Positions 29,291 through 37,663 of a DNA stretch of 64,000 nt are shown here, piece after piece; position 1 is the stretch's first letter; the number at the start of each line of letters is the position of its first letter. Origin of the DNA: Fimbriimonadia bacterium (lineage in GTDB: Bacteria > Armatimonadota > Fimbriimonadia > Fimbriimonadales > JABRVX01). The notes under the pieces are model-generated. The model was not told the origin of the DNA, searched no databases, and saw only the letters and a program-made list of their open reading frames with translations. Both the position numbers and the translations under genes were made by a program. The stretch spans positions 32,001 through 96,000 of the forward strand of contig JBGPGO010000003.1 of assembly GCA_041483895.1 (NCBI GenBank), written 5' to 3'.

Positions 29291-30898
29291 ATGAAGTGGA
29301 ATCTCGGCACGAAGTCGACGGTTTTCGTCGTCACGGTGGTGGCTTTGGGGGGTATTTTCCTGGGGTTCGCCCAGGAACCAAGCAAGGAAAAACCTGCCTC
29401 GGCGAAGCCGATCGGCAGCGACGAACCCGGATTCTGCCTTTCCTGCCACGGCGGCGAGGGCTTCGTCATCGCTACGCCGGATGGCGGAACTAAGTCCCTT
29501 TTCGTCGACGGCCGCAAGTATGCGAACAGCGTCCATCGGGAGCTTGGCTGCATCGATTGCCACGCGGGAGCGGAGAAGGTGCCGCATGTACGCTCTGAGA
29601 TCACTCCCGCCTCCTGCGCCGATTGCCATTCCGATGAAAAGGAGCAGTTCGACCAGAGCATTCACGCTCCCAAAGATGGCGAGAGCCCGGCGCTCACCGC
29701 CCTCCGACCCACCTGCATCTCCTGCCACGAAGGTAACCCCCACGCAGTTGTAAGAGCCGCGAACAAGTCGAGGGACGTCAAGCTGAACGCTTGCTACGCC
29801 TGCCATTCCGACGGCAAGCGGATGAAGCCATTCGGCGTCACCACGGTAGCCGCCTATTCGTACAAGCGGAGCTTCCACGGGAAAGCCCACTTTTATGGCT
29901 CCAACGCTACAGCGGTTTGCAATGACTGCCACGGCAACCACGCCGTGCTTGCCGCGAAAGATCCGAGGTCCAAGGTCAGTCCGGCGAACGCCGCGAAGAC
30001 CTGCGGCAAATGCCACGCGGGCGCCGCTCCGGCCTTCGCGATGTCCGGCGTCAGCCATTTGGATTTGAAGATTCAAGAGTCACCTATGCTTCAGGTTGAG
30101 CTCGGGTTCTTCCGGATACTGCTTTGGTCGGTCCTGGCGATCCTGTTCTTATCAGTCCTCCTCGACGTTCGTGTCGGCTTCCGGTTGACCTACAAGCGAT
30201 GGAGAAAATCCCTGGTTGAGTTCGAACCGAAGCCGGAAGAGGCGACCTATCGCTGGTATACGCCGTGGCAGCAGATACAACACTGGATTTTTGCCGCCGC
30301 GTTCATCCTGCTCGTTGCGACGGGTTTGCCCCTGCGCTTTCCCGAAATCGGCTGGTTGAACCGCCTCATGGAGCTATTCGGGGGCTTGAACACCTCGCGG
30401 CTGATCCACCGCATATCGGCAGTCGTATTGAGCGCGATGTTCCTGTCACATTTCATATGGCTGCTCTGGGCATGGCGCAAAATCAACTACTCTGTCAAGC
30501 GCATCCCCATGATGCCCACGAAGCGTGACTGGCAGGACTTCAAAGAAATGATGGGCTTCTACTTCGGGAAACGCAACAGCCCGCCGACGTTTGGACGTTT
30601 CAGCTTCCGGGCCAAATTCGGCTATCTGGTCGAGTATTGGGGAGTCCCGGTCATGCTGCTCTCCGGGTTGGTCTTGGCCTTCCCGGTCCAGATTGGCAAC
30701 CACCTTGGCGATCTCGGCGTATCGTTCGCTTACATTGCCCACGGGTACGAGGCCACGCTAGCGGCTGGGTCTATCCTTGTTTGGCACATCTATACCACGA
30801 TGTTCAGCCCCGTATACGCTCCGATGGCCGGCAAGATGATCCGCGGCCGCATTACCGAAGAGGAGCTGCGGCGTGAGCACGGCGACCTTCAGGTCTAG
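29291..30898 (+). CDS. Multiheme cytochrome c fused to a di-heme cytochrome b domain (CbcL-like)
   Basis: 7 CxxCH motifs (CLSCH, CIDCH, CADCH, CISCH, CYACH, CNDCH, CGKCH), then an FdnI/HyaC-type membrane domain (QHW..L..TGLP, IHR, FGRFS..K..Y...WG, HGYEA.LA, WH.Y). Confidence 0.88.
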   Translation: MKWNLGTKSTVFVVTVVALGGIFLGFAQEPSKEKPASAKPIGSDEPGFCLSCHGGEGFVIATPDGGTKSLFVDGRKYANSVHRELGCIDCHAGAEKVPHVRSEITPASCADCHSDEKEQFDQSIHAPKDGESPALTALRPTCISCHEGNPHAVVRAANKSRDVKLNACYACHSDGKRMKPFGVTTVAAYSYKRSFHGKAHFYGSNATAVCNDCHGNHAVLAAKDPRSKVSPANAAKTCGKCHAGAAPAFAMSGVSHLDLKIQESPMLQVELGFFRILLWSVLAILFLSVLLDVRVGFRLTYKRWRKSLVEFEPKPEEATYRWYTPWQQIQHWIFAAAFILLVATGLPLRFPEIGWLNRLMELFGGLNTSRLIHRISAVVLSAMFLSHFIWLLWAWRKINYSVKRIPMMPTKRDWQDFKEMMGFYFGKRNSPPTFGRFSFRAKFGYLVEYWGVPVMLLSGLVLAFPVQIGNHLGDLGVSFAYIAHGYEATLAAGSILVWHIYTTMFSPVYAPMAGKMIRGRITEEELRREHGDLQV

Positions 30899-30901
30899 CG
30901 G

Positions 30902-32311
30902 CTAGCGCGGACGCGCGGCGGCGCCTTCGATCGTCTGCGGCTCGCTGTGGCACAGCTCGCAGTCGTCCGAAAGCGTCTCGCCCTTCTTCGGACCCGACAT
31001 CGCGACGAGCGCCCCATGACAACGCAAGCATCCATCGTGGGTCTTCAGATCCGCCTGCATGTCCGGATAGACCTTCATGGCGGGGAATGCCGTGCCCAGG
31101 AACAGTTGCACGAGCGTGGCGGTGGCGTTCTTCACATCCGTGGCGCGTGCTTTGTAGATGTCTGGGTATCTGGCCTGGTACTCCTTCGGTATTTCGTTCA
31201 GCTTGGCCAAGATCGACCTCTGCTCCGCGAACGAGATCGGCTTCTCGATCTTCGGCACGGCCTCCATTGCGAGCTTCTTCGTCCATGGCAGGTCCAGCTT
31301 CAGATCTCCGCGAGTCAGGGCGTCATCCACAAGCTTGTCGAACGAGTCGAATCGATGGGCGGAACGGTTGTGGCAGTCCACGCAGTCCATCAAACGCGTC
31401 CCCTTCATATTCGGTCCGGCGTTGGCGGGCAGGGTCGTGCCCTCCGGCGCCCAAGTCACAACATCGCCGTTGGGCCGCCGTTCGTACAGCCAGCTCATCT
31501 CCATCCGTTTTGGATCCTTCGCCGCGTACCATATCTGCTTTGCCACATGGCTGTGAATGCCGGTGGACTCGGCGGCGTGATGGCCGACGTGCAGCATGAG
31601 ACGCGTGAGCTCCGGGGTGTTCGCCTCGTCCTCCGCGTATGTATAGATCAGCTGCGTTCGATCGCCGTAAAAGCGGTTGGGCCAATGGCAGACTTCGCAT
31701 ACTTCCCGGGCGGGTCGGAGGTCCTTCACTGGAGAGGCAATCGGCCGCTCGTATGTATTTGTCAGAGTGTGGATTGTCTGGCGTAGACCTGTAAATTTCT
31801 GTCGGAGAAGCCAGGGCAATCCTGGTCCGATGTGGCAGTCGACGCAAGGTACGCGGGCATGGGGAGAGCGAAGGTAAGCTGTATATTCCGGCTGCATGAC
31901 CGTGTGGCAGGTTTCCCCGCAAAAGGCGGCGCTCTCCATGTGATGGTTCCCTTTGTACGCCGCCGTTGCCATGATCGCGCCGAACAGCATCGTCCAACCG
32001 GCAAAGAACCAACCTCGATGTCGCATCTTCGGTTCGTTGAAATCAAAACGAAAGTACTGTTCGACTTTTTCATCGCCATGTTTCCGAACGTAGCGCCGAT
32101 GATTGATCGCGCCGATCGGAACGATCACAAGGCCCAGGAACAGGAGGAAGGGAACCGCAACATACACGATCAGGTTTGTGTAGGGGTTCTCAAACAGCCC
32201 AGCGATGTCAACGCCGACGAGGAGAATGAACATCGTGCCGCTTGCGAAGACAAGGACGGCGCCGAAGGCGGTGGTGCGGTTTCGTCCAAAAACGGAGAAC
32301 AGTTCCCTCAT
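30902..32311 (-). CDS. NapC/NirT-family membrane-anchored multiheme cytochrome c (ImcH-like)
   Basis: 3 N-terminal TM helices; FCGETCH, H.RV.CVDCHIGPG, LRPARE.CE.CHWP, GIHSH, MDCVDCHNR..H, CLRCH, CELCH. Confidence 0.88.
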   Translation of the reverse strand: MRELFSVFGRNRTTAFGAVLVFASGTMFILLVGVDIAGLFENPYTNLIVYVAVPFLLFLGLVIVPIGAINHRRYVRKHGDEKVEQYFRFDFNEPKMRHRGWFFAGWTMLFGAIMATAAYKGNHHMESAAFCGETCHTVMQPEYTAYLRSPHARVPCVDCHIGPGLPWLLRQKFTGLRQTIHTLTNTYERPIASPVKDLRPAREVCEVCHWPNRFYGDRTQLIYTYAEDEANTPELTRLMLHVGHHAAESTGIHSHVAKQIWYAAKDPKRMEMSWLYERRPNGDVVTWAPEGTTLPANAGPNMKGTRLMDCVDCHNRSAHRFDSFDKLVDDALTRGDLKLDLPWTKKLAMEAVPKIEKPISFAEQRSILAKLNEIPKEYQARYPDIYKARATDVKNATATLVQLFLGTAFPAMKVYPDMQADLKTHDGCLRCHGALVAMSGPKKGETLSDDCELCHSEPQTIEGAAARPR

Positions 32312-32385
32312 GCTCACCTCCGTGTGCGCGAAGTTGGGTTAACTACGCGCTATGGTACCCGGCAATTCACATCAAATTTCGGGCC

Positions 32386-33051
32386 TCACGGCCGATAGGT
32401 GACGGTTAGGAGCCGTTCCAATTTAAGGAACTTCGCGTGGCCGTCCTCGAAGCTCATTTGGATGCCGAAGTTGTGGCGGTCGATGCAGAGCCTGTCGATG
32501 CCCCAGCTATAGGTCTCGCCTTTACTGCGTCCAAGCGTCGTATCGATCGTGTCGGGGCACACATGTCCGTCATCGGCCGATCCCACCCACGTATCGATCC
32601 AGTTGGAATCGGCGATCAGCATGGTCTGGGACGGCTCTTTGACTTTCGTTAACTGGCCAAGGTAGTTGACGTAAAGCCACCCATTGAACGCGTAGCTGCC
32701 ATAGAAACCGTACCAGTTCCAAGCGCTCGTCGCGGAACCGTACACAAAATTGGTCCAAGGCTGGGTGTATTTCATCGCGTCCGGGCAAAGGTGGACGGGC
32801 TTGTTCTTGATATAGGTCTCCCACATGTGGGGCCATAGCTTCAGGTGGCCGTAGTCGGTGGAACCGTACTTGTTGCCGTTGTCGTCCGCATACATCCGGC
32901 CGCCGATGCTGAGCTGCTTGAGGTTGCTGATGCAGGAGGCCTTCTTGCCCTGCTCTCTTGCGCGGGCGAAGACGGGGAACAGAATCGCCGCCAAGATCGC
33001 GATGATGGCGATCACGACGAGCAGTTCGATGAGAGTAAATCCACGCCGCAT
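32386..33051 (-). CDS. Prepilin-type N-terminal cleavage/methylation protein (DUF1559, H-X9-DG motif)
   Basis: [50 protein letters not shown]. Confidence 0.93.
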   Translation of the reverse strand: MRRGFTLIELLVVIAIIAILAAILFPVFARAREQGKKASCISNLKQLSIGGRMYADDNGNKYGSTDYGHLKLWPHMWETYIKNKPVHLCPDAMKYTQPWTNFVYGSATSAWNWYGFYGSYAFNGWLYVNYLGQLTKVKEPSQTMLIADSNWIDTWVGSADDGHVCPDTIDTTLGRSKGETYSWGIDRLCIDRHNFGIQMSFEDGHAKFLKLERLLTVTYRP

Positions 33052-33055
33052 GGGT

Positions 33056-35881
33056 TCAATTTACCACGGAATCTGTTGGAACGAACATCGCGGACCAACG
33101 CAACTCAATCTTTGCGTCCAAGAGCGCGGAAACCGTGAGAGCGATGTCTCGGGCGTCGCCTGGCGGTACCGGGATGCGCCAGCCCTGCCACGGGCAGCCC
33201 CATCCGCGTTCGCGGACAATCGGCTGCGGAGCGGCGCTATCGCATTTCGCGCCAAAGTTTCTGCCCGCGCCCCACATCGACACCGCCTTCCCGTCCCGAA
33301 CCATCTCGGCGCTGACAACCAAGATGCCGCCGTTGCGGGTTGCAGGCAGATGGCACCGAATAACAAAAGAGCGCTTGGCCGGCTTGGCGCCATTGTCGTG
33401 GTCGGCCGTCACCGGCAGCATCTCATCCGATGGCGTGACATCGAAGGCGACGCTGCCGCTCGGCTCGCTGAATGTCGTGGTCGCTTGCTGGTCACTGAAC
33501 AAGCGTCCGAGAGATGGCTTTTCGCCCTTCGGAACCAACTCCAGGAACACGACCTCCCATGGACGCAATAGGGCCTTTCCAGCGAACCCCGTCAGCTTGC
33601 CGGGCGATGGCCACCATCGATAAACATCCATCCCCTTCGCGTTCACAGGCAGTTCGACATCCTTCCACGTGCAGTTGTTCAATCCCAGAAATGTCCGCCT
33701 GCCATCAGAACAAAAATACCCGTAGGGCTGGTACTTCCATGGATCGCCCAGGATCAGCTTGGGATGCTTGAAGCAGTTCGCCCGCTCGCGCAGCAGCCCG
33801 ATGAAGGTGGCCATCTGCGCGCGTTCCTCCTTGCTGATCACATCCAAACCCGCCCAGGGCTGCGCCAACAGATTGCCTCGGCACATGTCCATGATGAACG
33901 CTTCCTGCCATCGCTCCGTGCCAATGCAGCTGTTCCATTCCCAATCAGAGAACCACGTGCCCAGGGAATCTTTCCCCATCGGCGGGATGTCCTCGCACCA
34001 TTTGCAAGACTGATCCAATCCGACAGTAACCCCGTCGCGCACGTAGAGCGATGGCTTGGAACTCGGGCTTGCGGCTTCCATAGAAAGGCCGGGATCGAAC
34101 AGCGTGTCCGCCCACAACAGCCACCACGGCGATCGCATCCCCCAATACAGCATCAGGAAGGCGTCGGGAGAGGCCCGGTCGGCGGCCTGCAGCGTGTCGA
34201 TCACTCCGTCGTGTGCGGCCCGCGCTCCGTACACCCCGCCCAGGTGGTCGTGGGCGGGATTGACGCAGACGGCATTCATGTTGTCGAACTTGAACAGCCG
34301 AACGCCATGATCGCGGATATGTGTGGTGACCATGTTCGCGAACAGGCTCTTGATCGGTTCGGTCCCGCGGCAATAGCAATACAGATCGATGGTCCCGTAT
34401 GCCGGATCCCATTCGGCGGCGGGCTGGGCGACCGGGTTTTCGCCGATGTTCCAATTCCCCTGGCTGGAATCGATCCAGAGCCCCAGCGAGCAGCCGGTCT
34501 TTTTCAGCGCGTCGGTCACTGGTGCGAACTGATGGGGAAATCGTCCGGGATCGGCCCGCACCAAATCCCCTTGCCGGTCGCACCAAAACTCCATGGATAC
34601 GATATCAAAATGTCCGCCCGTCTCCTTTTGCCACCGGTCGACTGCGGCGATCTGCGGCAGCATGGTCTGTTCGCTGCAGCCGAAGAAGTCCTCGCCCGGC
34701 CAACTGGCGAACTGCTCGTAGATGGCATAGGCCCGGTCGTGGCCGCGTTGCACCCGCCGCATCCGGCTCTCCAAATAACGAACGAACGCCTGCCGCGCCT
34801 CCCCCTTCTTGGCGACCCCGAGCACGGCATCGGACGATTTCAGCTCCCCGCCCGGTTGGATCACTTTGCCGGGGAACTCGAACAGGCGAACGCTTTTTTC
34901 TTGCCCCAAACAGAACGCGGTCGGATGCTCGACGCCGAAAAAAAACTGCCCTCCCGCGTATGCGGGAAAGCCCATGTCGCCATCCGTCACATCCATGCCC
35001 GTGGCATACTGTCCGAGTCGGATATTGAGCAGCCGGATGGGGGCGCGGCTCTTGTTGACGACCGTGATGAACTTATGGAGAACCGGCTCGCCGTTCTTCC
35101 ACCAATACCGAACGGTTGCTTCAAGCGCGGGTTGGACGCTCTTCAGTTTCACGATTGCTTCGCCCGGCGTCTTGCGGACAGATGTGACCTTTAGCGCCGG
35201 TGTGGCGAGCGGCTTACCGACCGTGACGTATTGTTCGTACAGCGCGGGATAAGCCCACTTTCCGGGCAGGGATTGGGCGTGCTCCGGATCGACCTGATCC
35301 AACTTGGGCGTCCTATACACCTCGCCGGTGGAACAGAGGGCGATTACGTTGTCGGTTCCAAACCGCAGCAGCTTGGCCGGCAGGATAAATTCCTTCGGAT
35401 CGTTCCATCGTTTCGGGGCGAGCCGGTCGCCGATCTCCGTGCCATTGACAAAGACGCGGGTTCGTCGAAAATCGAAAACGCCATAGTTGCCAATTGTCAG
35501 CGCGACTCGCTTGCCCTCCGCGCTCTTTGGCAGGAAGACGTGTGTCCGCGCCCATTCGTTGCCGGGGTCCGGCCGCCCAGGGATCGGGGTCGTACGGCCC
35601 TGCCAGCTAGCGTCGCGGAAGGCCGGGTCGGCATATTCCAGGCTCTCGTTCTCAAACCGCCAGCACCGCCAGCCGGTGATCGGGATCCGCCGCTCCGCCG
35701 TGTCGACGTCCAACTCGACCTCTGGCGAGTCGAGCTTGAGCGTCTTGCCGGTCAGGCGATTGGTCCATGCGACCGCGCTGATTCCGTGCGAAGTGTCGAG
35801 TTTGAAGCTGAACAACGGCGATGAAATCAGTATTGGTTGGCTGGTGTGGGCGGACATGGCGACAAGGATGAGCGTGAACAA
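33056..35881 (-). CDS. Putative glycoside hydrolase (alpha-galactosidase clan-D-like TIM barrel with galactose-binding-like domain)
   Basis: [34 protein letters not shown] before TTG. Confidence 0.6.
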   Translation of the reverse strand: MFTLILVAMSAHTSQPILISSPLFSFKLDTSHGISAVAWTNRLTGKTLKLDSPEVELDVDTAERRIPITGWRCWRFENESLEYADPAFRDASWQGRTTPIPGRPDPGNEWARTHVFLPKSAEGKRVALTIGNYGVFDFRRTRVFVNGTEIGDRLAPKRWNDPKEFILPAKLLRFGTDNVIALCSTGEVYRTPKLDQVDPEHAQSLPGKWAYPALYEQYVTVGKPLATPALKVTSVRKTPGEAIVKLKSVQPALEATVRYWWKNGEPVLHKFITVVNKSRAPIRLLNIRLGQYATGMDVTDGDMGFPAYAGGQFFFGVEHPTAFCLGQEKSVRLFEFPGKVIQPGGELKSSDAVLGVAKKGEARQAFVRYLESRMRRVQRGHDRAYAIYEQFASWPGEDFFGCSEQTMLPQIAAVDRWQKETGGHFDIVSMEFWCDRQGDLVRADPGRFPHQFAPVTDALKKTGCSLGLWIDSSQGNWNIGENPVAQPAAEWDPAYGTIDLYCYCRGTEPIKSLFANMVTTHIRDHGVRLFKFDNMNAVCVNPAHDHLGGVYGARAAHDGVIDTLQAADRASPDAFLMLYWGMRSPWWLLWADTLFDPGLSMEAASPSSKPSLYVRDGVTVGLDQSCKWCEDIPPMGKDSLGTWFSDWEWNSCIGTERWQEAFIMDMCRGNLLAQPWAGLDVISKEERAQMATFIGLLRERANCFKHPKLILGDPWKYQPYGYFCSDGRRTFLGLNNCTWKDVELPVNAKGMDVYRWWPSPGKLTGFAGKALLRPWEVVFLELVPKGEKPSLGRLFSDQQATTTFSEPSGSVAFDVTPSDEMLPVTADHDNGAKPAKRSFVIRCHLPATRNGGILVVSAEMVRDGKAVSMWGAGRNFGAKCDSAAPQPIVRERGWGCPWQGWRIPVPPGDARDIALTVSALLDAKIELRWSAMFVPTDSVVN

Positions 35882-35944
35882 ATCAACCTCCTGTGCTCAC
35901 CAATTTCCGGCTGGAGGCCCCGGTTCCTCTCCTGTCTTCCTACG

Positions 35945-36520
35945 TTACGGTTCAGCCCAATATCCCGACATGGCTACGACCTGTAGATCGTACTCGTGAA
36001 GCGCAGTTACGGGATCGCTGACGAACTGGCTAGTAAACACAACCAGAACTGAATACCTCCCTGGATTTAGGATCATTCCATCGTGGGCTTCTTTCTCTCC
36101 GTAGCCAATGTCGCTAGAGATTTGATGCCAATCGCCGTTGTTGCCCATTCTATAGAACGGACTGGGGGAACACGAGACGCCTAGGTAATGCTGCGTATCT
36201 ATGACGCCGTAGTCGCTTGAAATTGGTCCAGTGCTGGTCCAGACTGGCAATCGGCCAGTTCCAGCTATCTCAAAAACCAAACGCCAGGAGCTATATAGGT
36301 TGCCATATTGATCAGTCTCATCTGCAACATGCTCCCACGTGGCCCCAGGATAGTCGAGCGTAAGCCGCCATAACTCATGTAGCCGGGGCAATGTGGCAAC
36401 TTTAAGGGCGGTAGCGTTCCCGATCTGCGCGCCCAGCGGCCTTGCGAAAAATGCCCCGACGCCAAATGCGGCGAACAAAAGCGCGGTCAAGAACAGGATA
36501 GAATGTCTTTGGGATTTCAT
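35945..36520 (-). CDS. Hypothetical exported protein
   Basis: RBS GGAGG; hydrophobic N-terminus; visibly lower GC; lies next to the tRNA-derived repeat. Confidence 0.7.
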   Translation of the reverse strand: MKSQRHSILFLTALLFAAFGVGAFFARPLGAQIGNATALKVATLPRLHELWRLTLDYPGATWEHVADETDQYGNLYSSWRLVFEIAGTGRLPVWTSTGPISSDYGVIDTQHYLGVSCSPSPFYRMGNNGDWHQISSDIGYGEKEAHDGMILNPGRYSVLVVFTSQFVSDPVTALHEYDLQVVAMSGYWAEP

Positions 36521-36582
36521 TCTGGTTCACCTCCGCCCAGATTGTGGCAGTTGAAATTGCAATTTGTGAGGTTTTTGCGAAG

Positions 36583-36622
36583 ATGGTGGGCGGTACTGGA
36601 TTTGAACCAGTGACCCACTCGT
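36583..36622 (-). repeat. Direct repeat of the tRNA-Val 3' half (att-like site)
   Basis: 36583-36622 matches 37176-37215 at 39/40 nt (first 34 nt exact). Confidence 0.92.
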
Positions 36623-36678
36623 AGCAAAAAGGGGTGGCTTCGCGTCGCCATTCATTCAAATTTCTCGGCGCCAACGCC

Positions 36679-36990
36679 CTAATCGTTGTTACTGCTTGTT
36701 GGAAGTGACGGTACGACATCGGTTCTTGACGCTTCAGGGGGTCCCGGACTGTCGCAGTTAGGCTCGGGTACCCGGAGCTCCTCCGGGACGTTGCGGTCAT
36801 ACCAGCCTAATACCCAATAGGCGACGAGGCCGCCAGCGACGACGCCGCCGAGATCTATGTTGCGATCGGCGCCCACCATAGCCCCTCCGATATCGAACGC
36901 TACGTCAATACAAACGAACAGAACCCCAGCGCAGAGCCGGCCACGCCAAACCCACGCACGCCTCTCAGCTTTGATCGCGTCAGGGTGCAC
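36679..36990 (-). CDS. Small putative membrane protein inside the tRNA islet
   Basis: 3' part of track ORF 36679..37221; two hydrophobic segments; start uncertain (GTG 36990). Confidence 0.4.
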   Translation of the reverse strand: MHPDAIKAERRAWVWRGRLCAGVLFVCIDVAFDIGGAMVGADRNIDLGGVVAGGLVAYWVLGWYDRNVPEELRVPEPNCDSPGPPEASRTDVVPSLPTSSNND

Positions 36991-37176
36991 TGCAAATTCC
37001 AGGTGAAAGATAGACGCGTGCGGGATTCCGAGCGAATGGCAGTTGGTGAGAGCGAATGGTGGGTAGGCGTTGTGGGCCCTTGCAGTGGTCTGCGGCGATT
37101 GTGCGCACTGTCCCCCTCCCTCTCTCAAGTGATCTCTCATCTCGGGGAGAGATTCGACTTTCATTGCACCATGGAA

Positions 37177-37251
37177 TGGTGGGCGGTACTGGATTTGAAC
37201 CAGTGACCCCCTCGTTGTCAACGAGGTGCTCTACCCCTGAGCTAACCGCCC
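37177..37251 (-). tRNA. tRNA-Val (GAC)
   Basis: GGGCGGTTAGCTCAGGGGTAGAGCACCTCGTT-GAC-AACGAGGGGGTCACTGGTTCAAATCCAGTACCGCCCACCA; cloverleaf with encoded CCA. Confidence 0.97.
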
Positions 37252-37374
37252 GCAGGCGCAATTATGGGCCGGAAAATTACAGCAGGTCAACGTTTCCCTG
37301 CAACCGAACCGAGGCAGCGGACGTATTTCCACGTACGAGGACTTTGTGGGAGTCGCATTGAGCCGGAGGCGAGG

Positions 37375-37566
37375 ATGAATAGCTTTATCAAGATAATCTT
37401 GGCGCTGATTGGGCTGTACCTTATCGGTGTTCTGGCGATCGCGGTATTCAAACTTGCGCTGGAGCTTATCATCCCGGTCCTAGTGCTTGGCGCCATCGGC
37501 TACATCATCCTCAGCCTCATTGGCGGCCGCCTCGGCGGCAACAACGACAAGTCTCTGCCGCGATAG
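37375..37566 (+). CDS. Small two-helix membrane protein (63 aa)
   Basis: RBS GGAGG; two hydrophobic stretches; followed by a hairpin. Confidence 0.7.
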   Translation: MNSFIKIILALIGLYLIGVLAIAVFKLALELIIPVLVLGAIGYIILSLIGGRLGGNNDKSLPR

Positions 37567-37573
37567 TCGCTCG

Positions 37574-37596
37574 CCTTCACAGTGCGACTGTGAAGG
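37574..37596 (+). terminator. Hairpin, possible terminator
   Basis: CCTTCACAGT-gcg-ACTGTGAAGG, 10-bp stem; weak U tract. Confidence 0.4.
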
Positions 37597-37663
37597 GATT
37601 GAAACCTCGACACATCACTCGTAGCGATGCAGGAACCGCCTCACCTCGGCAGAACCTCCGATT

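Larger units (their letters stand above)
25444..29510 (+). repeat. Diverged direct tandem duplication, 2,036-bp unit
   Basis: Offsets 25480->27516, 27108->29144 and 27255->29291 are all exactly 2,036; junction near 27470-27480. Confidence 0.95.

Noticed and set aside
25444..29510. Duplication as a DGR template/variable repeat pair
   Set aside because: Differences are not adenine-specific, they span whole genes, and there is no reverse transcriptase in the window.
36583..36622. Second tRNA gene
   Set aside because: Only the 3' half is present, with no D-arm or anticodon; treated as an att-like repeat.
36991..37261. ORFs starting within or overlapping the tRNA (36679..37221 at full length, 36980..37261)
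   Set aside because: They overlap the tRNA gene; only the hydrophobic 3' part of the first is plausible.
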